DNA from: an uncultured Candidatus Saccharibacteria bacterium
GTDB taxonomy: Bacteria; Patescibacteriota; Minisyncoccia; Phycocordibacterales; Zambryskibacteraceae
DNA length: 64,000 nucleotides
Reading direction: 5' to 3'
Assembly (NCBI GenBank): GCA_964446535.1
Contig: CAYUOR010000003.1
Location: forward strand, 14,871 to 78,870
In this document: in pieces, positions 49,570 to 60,043 of the stretch
Layout: each line of letters starts with the position of its first letter
Numbering within the stretch: the first letter of the stretch is position 1
Notes under the pieces: model-generated
Told to the model about the DNA's origin: nothing
What the model saw: only the letters and a program-made list of their open reading frames with translations
Database searches by the model: none
Made by a program: the position numbers and the translations under genes

Positions 49570-49642
49570 AGCCACCTCCGAGGATCGAACTCGGGACCCC
49601 GGCTTTACGAAAGCCGTGCTCTACCAACTGAGCTAAGGTGGC
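49570..49642 (-). tRNA. tRNA-Thr (anticodon CGT)
   Basis: Acceptor GCCACCT/AGGTGGC, D GCTC/GAGC, anticodon stem CGGCT/AGCCG with loop TTCGTAA, T stem CCGAG/CTCGG with loop TTCGATC. CCA is not encoded. Confidence 0.9.
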
Positions 49643-49698
49643 GAGATTGAATAAGCTCAGCTGAAACTTTAGCAAAAAGAAACCCCTAAGAAAAGCTG

Positions 49699-50019
49699 TT
49701 AAACAAAGCGCTCTTTGAAAAAAGAAACAGTTTGAAGCGTTATATTCTTGACGAAGAGGGCCGCGGTTATGGCGGCAAGGATCAAAATTGTTTTAACCAT
49801 AATATCCGTTTGAGAAAATGCCGCTAGGAGATACTCGTAGAAATTCCCAGAAGCAAGCATGTTGGATACCACGCTCGGTACTGAGACAAAGACAAGAAGG
49901 ATAGCGCTAAAAATCAAAAACAGGATCACCTCCGCGATAAAGGGGCTTCGGAACTTGCGCGTTAAGTACGCAAGGTAAACACTAAACATAATTTTAGTTT
50001 TCATATTTAATATTTTCAT
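49699..50019 (-). CDS. Putative membrane anti-sigma factor (106 aa), 4-nt overlap with ECF sigma gene
   Basis: Small protein with two hydrophobic helices immediately downstream of an ECF sigma factor gene. The assignment is from context only. Confidence 0.35.
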   Translation of the reverse strand: MKILNMKTKIMFSVYLAYLTRKFRSPFIAEVILFLIFSAILLVFVSVPSVVSNMLASGNFYEYLLAAFSQTDIMVKTILILAAITAALFVKNITLQTVSFFKERFV

Positions 50020-50567
50020 GCCATCTGGAGCGCCACAACCCTGAACTGTTTTTTTGCCCTGTGTAGTCCGGAGCGAACAGCCGAAAGCGACATGCGCTCT
50101 ATTTCCGCTATCTCTTCGTAACTTTTTTCTTCAAAAAAGTAGAGTGAGAGAAGGCGTGCTAAGTGTTCGGGCAGGCGCGAGAGAACCGACTGGACGAAGG
50201 AGAGTTGTTCCCTGTCTTGCATAACTTCTGAGCCGACAAGGTCGAGTTCTGCGAAGTCTATGGCTCTCACGCGACTTGCGTCACGGGTCTTCTTGGTAGA
50301 GTGGGTGTAGCAAGTGTTAACAAGGATTCTATAAGCCCAGGAGCGGAAACTTGCCCCCTCCCGCTCGGAGAACTTGTGGGCGTACTTGTAGATTTTGATA
50401 AAAGTCTCCTGCACTGCGTCTTCAGCCGCATCGCGAGAGTGCAGGATGCTCTCACCTTTACGCAAGAAAGCCTCTTGGTGTCTATCTACAAGAATACCGA
50501 ACATCCAAGGCGCCTCTCGCGACTTTTCCAAAACTCGTGCGTCTGAAAGTTCCGGATCTCTTGCCAT
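50016..50567 (-). CDS. ECF-subfamily RNA polymerase sigma-70 factor
   Basis: Region 2 (ETFIKIYKYAHKF...SWAYRILVNT) and region 4 HTH (SYEEIAEIERMSLSAVRSGLHRAKKQ). Confidence 0.85.
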   Translation of the reverse strand: MARDPELSDARVLEKSREAPWMFGILVDRHQEAFLRKGESILHSRDAAEDAVQETFIKIYKYAHKFSEREGASFRSWAYRILVNTCYTHSTKKTRDASRVRAIDFAELDLVGSEVMQDREQLSFVQSVLSRLPEHLARLLSLYFFEEKSYEEIAEIERMSLSAVRSGLHRAKKQFRVVALQMA

Positions 50568-50673
50568 AAATAAGGGAACGGAGCGCGCTTAGGTTACGCT
50601 CCAGATTACTTTTAAAATGTTCCCTTCATCTATTATAACTCTTTTAATGTCAGAAAAGTTTCTGAGGAATCGG

Positions 50674-50746
50674 AGCCAAGACCGGGGATCGAACCCGGGA
50701 CCTCATCCTTACCATGGATGTGCTCTACCAACTGAGCTATCTTGGC
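50674..50746 (-). tRNA. tRNA-Thr (anticodon GGT)
   Basis: Acceptor GCCAAGA/TCTTGGC, anticodon stem CATCC/GGATG with loop ATGGTAA, T stem CCGGG/CCCGG. Confidence 0.88.
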
Positions 50747-50770
50747 GAAGTGGGTTTAATCTTATAAATT

Positions 50771-51190
50771 TTAGACCCTTTTGGCAAAATAATTTTCGAG
50801 CACCTCAATGACTCTGGTGCCGCCTTCCGAGAGGGTTTTCAGGTCGCTCTGACCTATCCAGCGAAAGGAGTTATGCTCACTGCTTAAGACCACCTCCCCT
50901 GATTTATATTTAGAAAGGTAGACAATCATAAAGATTTTTTTGTCGGCGTTTCTGTGCTCTTTGGCAAAACTTGATATCCAAGAGGCTGTAGGCGGACCCG
51001 CTTCTATTTCAAGATTCGTTTCTTCCCTAACCTCCCTCTTAAGAGCTTCAACATAATCAGTTTCGCCGACTTGAATTTTCCCTCCAGGCAAATCAAGGAT
51101 ATGACTCCCCGAGCGCGTTAGAACGAGAACTTTACCGTCTTTTTCAATAAGCGCCTTCTGTCCAACAAAAAATATTTCGTCATTATTCAT
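50771..51190 (-). CDS. NUDIX hydrolase
   Basis: Nudix box GGKIQVGETDYVEALKREVREETNLEI. Confidence 0.85.
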   Translation of the reverse strand: MNNDEIFFVGQKALIEKDGKVLVLTRSGSHILDLPGGKIQVGETDYVEALKREVREETNLEIEAGPPTASWISSFAKEHRNADKKIFMIVYLSKYKSGEVVLSSEHNSFRWIGQSDLKTLSEGGTRVIEVLENYFAKRV

Positions 51191-51195
51191 TCGAG

Positions 51196-51269
51196 CGCGG
51201 CCAACCGGACTTGAACCGGCAACCTCTCCCGTGACAGGGGAGTGCTCTAACCAGTTGAGCTATGACCGC
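51196..51269 (-). tRNA. tRNA-Asp (anticodon GTC)
   Basis: Acceptor GCGGTCA/TGGCCGC (one G-U), D GCTC/GAGC, anticodon stem CTCCC/GGGAG with loop CTGTCAC, discriminator G. Confidence 0.85.
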
Positions 51270-51309
51270 AGTGCACTCCAAAGTAGCAAATTTAAAGAGC
51301 TTTATCAAT

Positions 51310-51383
51310 TTGGAATTTGTGTCGGCGGGAGGAATCGAACCTCCGACCTTGGGCTTATGAGTCCCACGCTCTAACCGACTGAG
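51310..51383 (-). tRNA. tRNA-Met (anticodon CAT; elongator or lysidine-Ile type, paired 1-72)
   Basis: Acceptor GTCGGCG/CGCCGAC, anticodon loop CTCATAA, T stem GGAGG/CCTCC with loop TTCGATT. Confidence 0.82.
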
Positions 51384-51507
51384 CTACGCCGACTTGAACA
51401 AGTGAGGAACAGAGAAGAAGCTTGCTTATTCTCTGGTTCCGAACGCCGTTCAAGCAAATTGCGGAGCAATTTACTTAAGCGACGATTTTAAACTATATTA
51501 CGAAATC

Positions 51508-51536
51508 TTGATTTTCTCAAGAAATTTCGCTAGAAT
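51508..51536 (+). promoter_or_regulatory. Sigma70 promoter TTGATT-N17-TAGAAT positioned 8 nt upstream of the plus-strand tRNA
   Basis: -35 at 51508-51513 and -10 at 51531-51536. Confidence 0.55.
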
Positions 51537-51544
51537 CCGCCTAT

Positions 51545-51618
51545 AGCGGGTTGGAGGAGTAGTACCTCGACAGGCTCATAACCTGTAGACATCCGTGCAA
51601 ATCGGGTACCCGCAACCA
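51545..51618 (+). tRNA. Initiator-like tRNA-fMet (anticodon CAT) with unpaired 1:72 (A/A) and encoded CCA
   Basis: Acceptor AGCGGGT/ACCCGCA with a 1:72 mismatch. The 3' end GCAACCA matches the E. coli initiator. Anticodon arm ACAGG-CTCATAA-CCTGT, D GAGG/CCTC, T arm ATCCG-TGCAAAT-CGGGT. Confidence 0.7.
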
Positions 51619-51638
51619 TTCGACAAGCTCGTGGCGAG

Positions 51639-52304
51639 CTAGATTGCTCCAAATTCTCTAAAGACTTCTTCGAAAAGCGCGATAACTCGCTTGGTTTCGC
51701 GTTCTGTGATTTCAAATTCGCTACCAGAATGAGCAAGGGTGTTTCTTACCTTATGCGCTTCCCAGGCGGCGTCGATAGAAGAAAACTGATTTTTGTCTAT
51801 TGATTTAAGTATTTCCCCTACCGAATCTCCGGTATAACCGAGCGCCGCCAAAAGTTCTTCGAGCATCACGTCAGCTTCCATCACTGCCATCTTTCTGTCA
51901 GAAGAACTTTCCGAGTTTGCCAGGGAGAGAATTCTTTCCCATCTTGTATTTTTCGTCTCCAACACCTCTTCGCTAGTATCTACGCCCGCAAGCACTCCTG
52001 GATTAAAGATGGCCAGTTCGGCAAGGTTTATGGCCCGCAGTTTCCAGGCATTGTTAAGAATGCCGATAAAAAGAATGCCTGAAACTAGGGAGGCAATGAT
52101 TTTCCATTTGGGCCAGATGTGTTCGAGAAAATATTCGGCTAAATTACCGAAAATGGAACTGTCGATTGAGAAGCTGTCGAGATAATTTAGAACCGCAGTC
52201 ACTAGAGCACCGAGGAGAACAAGGCCAAGGATTAGGGCAGTTATTTCTTCAAATGCCTTTTTATCGAGTTCCGTGCCGGTTATTTCTTTCTTTTTCTCAG
52301 CCAT
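51639..52304 (-). CDS. Hypothetical membrane protein (221 aa)
   Basis: ORF with three TM helices, located downstream of gatA. Confidence 0.45.
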   Translation of the reverse strand: MAEKKKEITGTELDKKAFEEITALILGLVLLGALVTAVLNYLDSFSIDSSIFGNLAEYFLEHIWPKWKIIASLVSGILFIGILNNAWKLRAINLAELAIFNPGVLAGVDTSEEVLETKNTRWERILSLANSESSSDRKMAVMEADVMLEELLAALGYTGDSVGEILKSIDKNQFSSIDAAWEAHKVRNTLAHSGSEFEITERETKRVIALFEEVFREFGAI

Positions 52305-52313
52305 ATTTATATT

Positions 52314-53729
52314 CTATTCTCCCAAAAATTCTTTACCAGCGACAAAAAGGTTATCTTCCCTACCAAGAGCGGCTGTTAATTCAATACCCAAGGGAAGTTT
52401 GCCGAGAAAACCTGAAGGTAGCGAGATGGAAGGTAGTCCCGCAATGTTGGCCGGCACGGTAAAAATGTCTGCCAAGTACATTGAGAGCGGATCTTTGGTT
52501 TTTTCTCCAAGCTTAAAGGCGGGTGTCGGAGTAGTCGGGGTAAGTATTAGGTCAACATCTTCAAACGCATTTGACAGCTCTTCGGTAATTATTTTTTTCA
52601 TCCTTAAGGCGCTGCCGTAATACTCATCGTAGTAACCTGACGAGAGTACATAAGTGCCAAGGATAATGCGCCGCTTCGGCTCGGGCCCGAATCCTTCGCC
52701 GCGTGTTTTGAAGTAATCTTCGACAACATTTTTACCTTCCTTATGAAACCCGTATTTAACTCCGTCAAAGCGAGCAAGATTAGATGACGCCTCGGCCGGC
52801 ATGATGATGTAATAGACGGCAAGCGAATATTTAAGATGCGGAAGTTTAAGATCTTTAATTTTATAGCCGAGAGCGCGAAACCTTTCTGTCGCCTCTTCAA
52901 AATTTTTCTTAACACCATCATCAATGCCCTCAATGTCCAAAAATTCGCGAGGTATCCCTATGGTCTTACCAAATTTTTTCTTCTTAGAGTAATCGGCGTC
53001 GGTAATAGTGGTGCTGTCGAGGCTGTCTTTCCCGGCTATCAGTTGGTATATAAGTTCGGCGTCTTCTACGGTTCTTGAAAGTGGGCCTATTTGATCAAGA
53101 GATGAAGCAAGAGCTATAAGACCCGAACGGGAAACTCTCCCGTAAGTCGGCTTTAGCCCGACTACGCCGCAGAAAGCTGCTGGTTGCCTGATAGATCCGC
53201 CCGTGTCGGAACCGAGCGCTACGGGCACGAAACCAGCCGCCACCGCAGCTGCCGAGCCGCCCGAGGATCCCCCAGGAACACGCGAAAGGTCGTAAGGATT
53301 TCTCGTCGGCCCAAAGGCAGAGTTTTCCGTAGAACTACCCATAGCAAATTCGTCCATGTTGGTGCGTCCGATTAAAACGGCACCCGCCTCTTTAAGGCTA
53401 GAAACAACTGTTGAATCGTAAGGAGAGACAAAGCCGTGAAGAATCTTTGAGGCAGCCGAAGCTTTTTTACCACGAATGAGGATGTTGTCTTTAACCGCGA
53501 TAGGAACACCGAGAAGCGGCAACCTTTCTCCTTTTGCAATTCTCTCATCGGCCCCTTCAGCCATTTTGATAGCGTCATCAAAGATTTCTAAAAAAGCGCC
53601 AACCTTCCCCGGATCTTCTTTCTTTATTTTCTCAATAAGACTATTTACCAGGTCACGGCTAGAAAACTCCTTCTTTAAAAGCGAGTTTCTAATTTCTTTT
53701 ACGGAGAGCCTGCTAAAATCTTTCATCAA
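52314..53729 (-). CDS. gatA: Glutamyl-tRNA(Gln)/Aspartyl-tRNA(Asn) amidotransferase subunit A
   Basis: Amidase signature [14 protein letters not shown], 471 aa. Confidence 0.95.
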   Translation of the reverse strand: MMKDFSRLSVKEIRNSLLKKEFSSRDLVNSLIEKIKKEDPGKVGAFLEIFDDAIKMAEGADERIAKGERLPLLGVPIAVKDNILIRGKKASAASKILHGFVSPYDSTVVSSLKEAGAVLIGRTNMDEFAMGSSTENSAFGPTRNPYDLSRVPGGSSGGSAAAVAAGFVPVALGSDTGGSIRQPAAFCGVVGLKPTYGRVSRSGLIALASSLDQIGPLSRTVEDAELIYQLIAGKDSLDSTTITDADYSKKKKFGKTIGIPREFLDIEGIDDGVKKNFEEATERFRALGYKIKDLKLPHLKYSLAVYYIIMPAEASSNLARFDGVKYGFHKEGKNVVEDYFKTRGEGFGPEPKRRIILGTYVLSSGYYDEYYGSALRMKKIITEELSNAFEDVDLILTPTTPTPAFKLGEKTKDPLSMYLADIFTVPANIAGLPSISLPSGFLGKLPLGIELTAALGREDNLFVAGKEFLGE

Positions 53730-54019
53730 AGAATTTTCTTAACCTTTATATAATTTTTTTCACGCACTGGAGCCTGTTCTAATACCGCTTCGGTATAAAT
53801 ACCCCCTTCGTGCGCCTCTTCATCAGGGCGTAAAACGTTTTTTGGTATAAAATCTTTGGCGTTTTTCTTTTCAGACCTTTTGGATTTTGCAGCAGCCGCC
53901 TTCACTTCTCCAACATAATTAAGAATGTTTTCGAATTCACCGGAAAGTTTTTCCGCGTCGTGTTCTTTGATCTCAATTCGTGCCAGTTGGGCAAGCCTCA
54001 ATATCCCTTCTTTATCCAT
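53726..54019 (-). CDS. gatC: Asp/Glu-tRNA amidotransferase subunit C
   Basis: 97 aa with LRLAQLARIEIKEHDAEKLSGEFENILNYV. It overlaps gatA by 4 nt. Confidence 0.85.
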   Translation of the reverse strand: MDKEGILRLAQLARIEIKEHDAEKLSGEFENILNYVGEVKAAAAKSKRSEKKNAKDFIPKNVLRPDEEAHEGGIYTEAVLEQAPVREKNYIKVKKIL

Positions 54020-54025
54020 ACCCTG

Positions 54026-56501
<2,476 letters not shown>

Positions 56502-56505
<4 letters not shown>

Positions 56506-57050
56506 GGCCAGTTTAAAAGATTTTCTTGTGCTCTAAATTGTTTACTGGTCTGACCATGCACCCAGTCCACGGTAACGGTAACGGAAATTTCATTAGCATT
56601 AATTTGAGAGAGAATAATCTGACGCCTAAATTTGGTTGCATTCCAGGTTGGGTCATAGCCGTAGAAAAGATTGGTGCCGTCCTGGCGCAAGATCGGACAA
56701 GAGCCTGGTACGCCACACCTTATAGGTACTGCCGATAGAACCGGATCAACAGTGCAGACGTTTTGATTGGGGGCTATGCCGAAGTGACATGGGTCGTTGA
56801 CGTCCGCTGCAATACCGTAAAGCCAGTTGCGACCATTCAGCGCGTTTTCATCACGCATGTTTCTTATAAATTCAAACCCTTCTTGAGCGAGATAAAACGC
56901 AATTACCTGATCTCTGGAGAGCGTGTAGGAAGAGATGCCGGTTCTTATGGCGCTTGATATTCCGGTTATGGCAAGGATTAATATGGTAATAGCCACCAGA
57001 CTCTCGACGATGGTGAACCCGTTTTTACCCAGTTGTTTTTTGTAAATCAT
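56502..57050 (-). CDS. Minor pilin (prepilin-type N-terminus)
   Basis: NGFTIVESLVAITILILAITG. Confidence 0.7.
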
Positions 57051-57051
57051 A

Positions 57052-57606
57052 TTATCTGTCTATAACTCGTTGTGAGACAAGGGTTTGTAGGGCAAAACTT
57101 GTTACAGCTTTCCCCGCGGTGCCAACAGTTCCCCTGACAACAATCACTGTCTTTGGCTGTCTTGTGTCGGCCTGGGAAGATCCTAGGGTGTAGAAAGTTA
57201 GGCTTTGTATAACTATTTCCGAGCCCGTCACTCGTACAGGACTAGCACTACCCACAATTTTTTCTATTGATTGATTGGTGGTATTGCGGTTATAGGTAAT
57301 CTGACTACCGGTGCTCGAGAGAAAAGTGAAATATGAGTTACCGCTAGGACAATCCTGCGGCTGCGTTAGTGTGCCAGAACTGCCGCAGTGATACACCGAA
57401 CCAAAGCGGATTTCTCTAGACATGCTTTCTAGAGCAAGATTCAGGTTCGAAAGGGCGGTTTTAATGTTTTTTGATTTGGCATTGGAGTTAAAGACGCTAT
57501 AAATGGCTCCCATAGAAATAGTCATAACAGCGATGAAAACCGTTGTGGCGACTATCAGCTCTATTAGGGTGAAACCTTTATTAAGTTTTGAGTCTTGAGG
57601 CGTCAT
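57052..57606 (-). CDS. Minor pilin (prepilin-type N-terminus)
   Basis: KGFTLIELIVATTVFIAVMTIS. Confidence 0.7.
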   Translation of the reverse strand: MTPQDSKLNKGFTLIELIVATTVFIAVMTISMGAIYSVFNSNAKSKNIKTALSNLNLALESMSREIRFGSVYHCGSSGTLTQPQDCPSGNSYFTFLSSTGSQITYNRNTTNQSIEKIVGSASPVRVTGSEIVIQSLTFYTLGSSQADTRQPKTVIVVRGTVGTAGKAVTSFALQTLVSQRVIDR

Positions 57607-57609
57607 AAA

Positions 57610-58251
57610 TTACTGCACAGAAATTTGGCCCGTTGTTAACACGGTAACGGAGGAGGTCGCGGTTGTACTAGGACTTCTAAAAATAATTCTCGCGCCAACC
57701 ATGTTTGGATTGGTAAACTCCGAACCGCCTGAGTTGAAGAATTTAATTTGCGCTTCGGTGTTTGGTCGATTAAAGGTTATGTCTATTCTTCTGGGAGTGC
57801 CCGGGGGACCGCAATCTAAGCTTACCGGATTTATAATCATACAAACTTCCTGTATATAAACACCGCGCAAAATATTTACCCGTTCAATACATTCGTTTGC
57901 TCCGCCTGTGACACAGCTCCAATCCCCATCATAAACATCATCCCCGTCTCTGTCGGCGAAATAAAGATAGACGGTGTTTGAGCCGCCACCCAAAAGACTA
58001 AAAGTAAGTCCGTATGAAGCAGAAAACTCGCCAGAGCCCGTAGAAAATTCCCGGACACCAGAGCCATACGCCTGTGCTTGAAAAATCCTTAAACTGACAT
58101 CGTCCGCAAGATTCCTCAGAACCAGTCTGTCATTGTATGTTGACTGACCTATAAGCAGGGTGCCGAGAATGATGGTTGCGATAGTAATGGCCACAATAAA
58201 CTCGGGGAGAGTAAAACCTCTAACTATTTTAGAGCGGAAAGACATTGGCAA
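57610..58251 (-). CDS. Minor pilin (prepilin-type N-terminus)
   Basis: RGFTLPEFIVAITIATIILG. Confidence 0.65.
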   Translation of the reverse strand: MPMSFRSKIVRGFTLPEFIVAITIATIILGTLLIGQSTYNDRLVLRNLADDVSLRIFQAQAYGSGVREFSTGSGEFSASYGLTFSLLGGGSNTVYLYFADRDGDDVYDGDWSCVTGGANECIERVNILRGVYIQEVCMIINPVSLDCGPPGTPRRIDITFNRPNTEAQIKFFNSGGSEFTNPNMVGARIIFRSPSTTATSSVTVLTTGQISVQ

Positions 58252-59002
58252 AGTTTAAGTGGAAGAATAATGCTATCCAGGCGCCCAAGACGATTGCGGG
58301 ACCAAACGGCACTTCGCTTTTCATTGTAAAACTTTTGCCGTTCTTTATAAAGCGAAGCTTGGTGACAATAAGAAGTACCAGCGCCGCCAGGGCGCCAAGC
58401 CAGAAAGCGAAAATTATCGCCGAAAATCCCTTGGCGGCGCCAAGAAGGAATCCAATCGAGAGTCCGAGCTTCGCGTCTCCGAAACCCATGGCGCGACCCT
58501 TGGAGAAAAGCCAGATTGAAGCAAAAAAGGCGAAAATAACGGGTCCCGCGAGCCAGTCCCAGAGCGGGTACTCAACAAGAAAGAGCGGCACGAGCAGACT
58601 AAGGCCGATAGAGGTATAAACGAGACCATCGGGAATAATCTTATGCCGAGCATCATAGATCGTGATAACAATGTAGATAGAAAAAACAGCCACCAAAACA
58701 AGATAATTGAAAAAGGATACAAGATCAGTTGGATCAATAATATAAAAAAGTGATGCGAAAATAAGGCCGGTCCAGGTTTCTACTATCGGGTACTGCCACG
58801 AGATTGGACTACGACAGGCAGAACACTTACCCCCGAGGATAATAAAGCTTAAAACGGGAATAAGCTCTGTCCAGCCAAGAGTTTTACCACAGTGAGGGCA
58901 AGCGGAGCGTCCACCGAAGTGTCTTGAGTCCCAGCGAAGCCCCACAACATTTAGAAAACTTCCGACAATAGTGCCTAAAACAAAAAGGATGACTAGAGTC
59001 AT
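58229..59002 (-). CDS. pilD: Prepilin peptidase (A24 family, PilD)
   Basis: Zn-binding CPHCGKT...CSACRSP, multi-TM, and a conserved catalytic Asp context (GFGDAKL). Confidence 0.9.
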   Translation of the reverse strand: MTLVILFVLGTIVGSFLNVVGLRWDSRHFGGRSACPHCGKTLGWTELIPVLSFIILGGKCSACRSPISWQYPIVETWTGLIFASLFYIIDPTDLVSFFNYLVLVAVFSIYIVITIYDARHKIIPDGLVYTSIGLSLLVPLFLVEYPLWDWLAGPVIFAFFASIWLFSKGRAMGFGDAKLGLSIGFLLGAAKGFSAIIFAFWLGALAALVLLIVTKLRFIKNGKSFTMKSEVPFGPAIVLGAWIALFFHLNFANVFPL

Positions 59003-59032
59003 CCTTTAAGTATATCAGAGGAGTTTCGAGGA

Positions 59033-59485
59033 TTACGGACAGGCTACAACGCCATCGGCGAGGTTTGCCGAAATTTCTTTTGAAGCGCCAGTTGAGTCAA
59101 CGCACCAGGCAGTTGTGGTAGAAATCATTAAAGCAGAAACAGCGTAAGCCGAAGTGTCGGTATGGCAGGAAAGGGTGGCACCGGCAGGATAATTCGCTGG
59201 CAGGGTGTACTGGAACATGCCTGATGCCGCGTCTTCAAAGAAATCGTCAGTGACGTCATCGCAGAGGTCTGTCGCAACTGTACCGTAGTGTCCGTTGGTG
59301 TCGTAGTAGACCTCGGCGGCGCTCCTGAGACCGGCAAGTTGCGCTTTTACTTTCGCGTCGTTGCCCTTACCGCGAGCGGTATTGAGGGAGGCCAAGACTA
59401 CGGACGAGAGAATGCCGATGATGGCGATAACCACCAAAAGCTCAATTAAGGTGAAACCTTTTTCTTTTGATGTTAACCCAAACAT
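59033..59485 (-). CDS. pilA: Type IV pilin (major pilin candidate, copy 1)
   Basis: KGFTLIELLVVIAIIGILSSVVLASL, four C-terminal Cys, 150 aa. Confidence 0.85.
   Translation of the reverse strand: MFGLTSKEKGFTLIELLVVIAIIGILSSVVLASLNTARGKGNDAKVKAQLAGLRSAAEVYYDTNGHYGTVATDLCDDVTDDFFEDAASGMFQYTLPANYPAGATLSCHTDTSAYAVSALMISTTTAWCVDSTGASKEISANLADGVVACP
59361..59446. repeat. 86-nt block identical to 59857-59942 (shared pilin N-terminal coding segment)
   Basis: Direct sequence comparison shows it is identical over 86 nt. The flanks diverge. Confidence 0.9.
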
Positions 59486-59519
59486 AAGTTAGAAGATTGC
59501 CTATAGCTCAAATGTCGGA

Positions 59520-60014
59520 CTAACAGGCGGTACTGTTAATGGCTGCAGTTCTACCTCTTGAGTTCCCTAGGCTATCCACGCACCAGTGGGTGTTGGACCC
59601 CTCTGCGACAAAAAGCGGAACGGACACGGCGTAGGCAGTTGCTGTTGAGAAGCAGGTTAGTGTAGGAGTACCTGGGTAATTAGAGGCTGTTGTGTACTGA
59701 ACCATGCCAGAGTTGGCATCTGTGAACATTGAGTTGGCTGTCGTACAACTACCGCTTATGTTACCGGCTGTGCCATTGTAGCCAGTAGCACTGCCGTCAT
59801 AGTAAATTTCGGCCGATGCACGTGCCCCAGAGAGCTGCGCCTTGATCTTGGCATTATTGCCCTTACCGCGAGCGGTATTGAGGGAGGCCAAGACTACGGA
59901 CGAGAGAATGCCGATGATGGCGATAACCACCAAAAGCTCAATCAACGTAAAACCTTTTGTTCTAGTGCTCATAATTAATGAATTTCCTATATTTTGGCTT
60001 ATTTTATAAATCAC
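59520..60014 (-). CDS. pilA: Type IV pilin (copy 2, tandem paralog)
   Basis: The same N-terminal 45 residues as copy 1 and a divergent C-terminal domain with 4 Cys. Confidence 0.85.
   Translation of the reverse strand: MIYKISQNIGNSLIMSTRTKGFTLIELLVVIAIIGILSSVVLASLNTARGKGNNAKIKAQLSGARASAEIYYDGSATGYNGTAGNISGSCTTANSMFTDANSGMVQYTTASNYPGTPTLTCFSTATAYAVSVPLFVAEGSNTHWCVDSLGNSRGRTAAINSTAC
59857..59942. repeat. 86-nt block identical to 59361-59446
   Basis: See the paired repeat at 59361-59446. Confidence 0.9.
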
Positions 60015-60043
60015 TCTTTTCCAGTGAGTAGCTTAATTATACT

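Noticed and set aside
49563-49575. GTG start of prfB overlapping the tRNA-Thr 3' end
   Set aside because: An in-frame ATG at 49563 gives a start that does not overlap the tRNA, so the overlap is likely an ORF-caller artefact.
51530-51736. 68-aa minus-strand ORF
   Set aside because: It overlaps the plus-strand tRNA(CAT) and its promoter and has no homology, so it is spurious.
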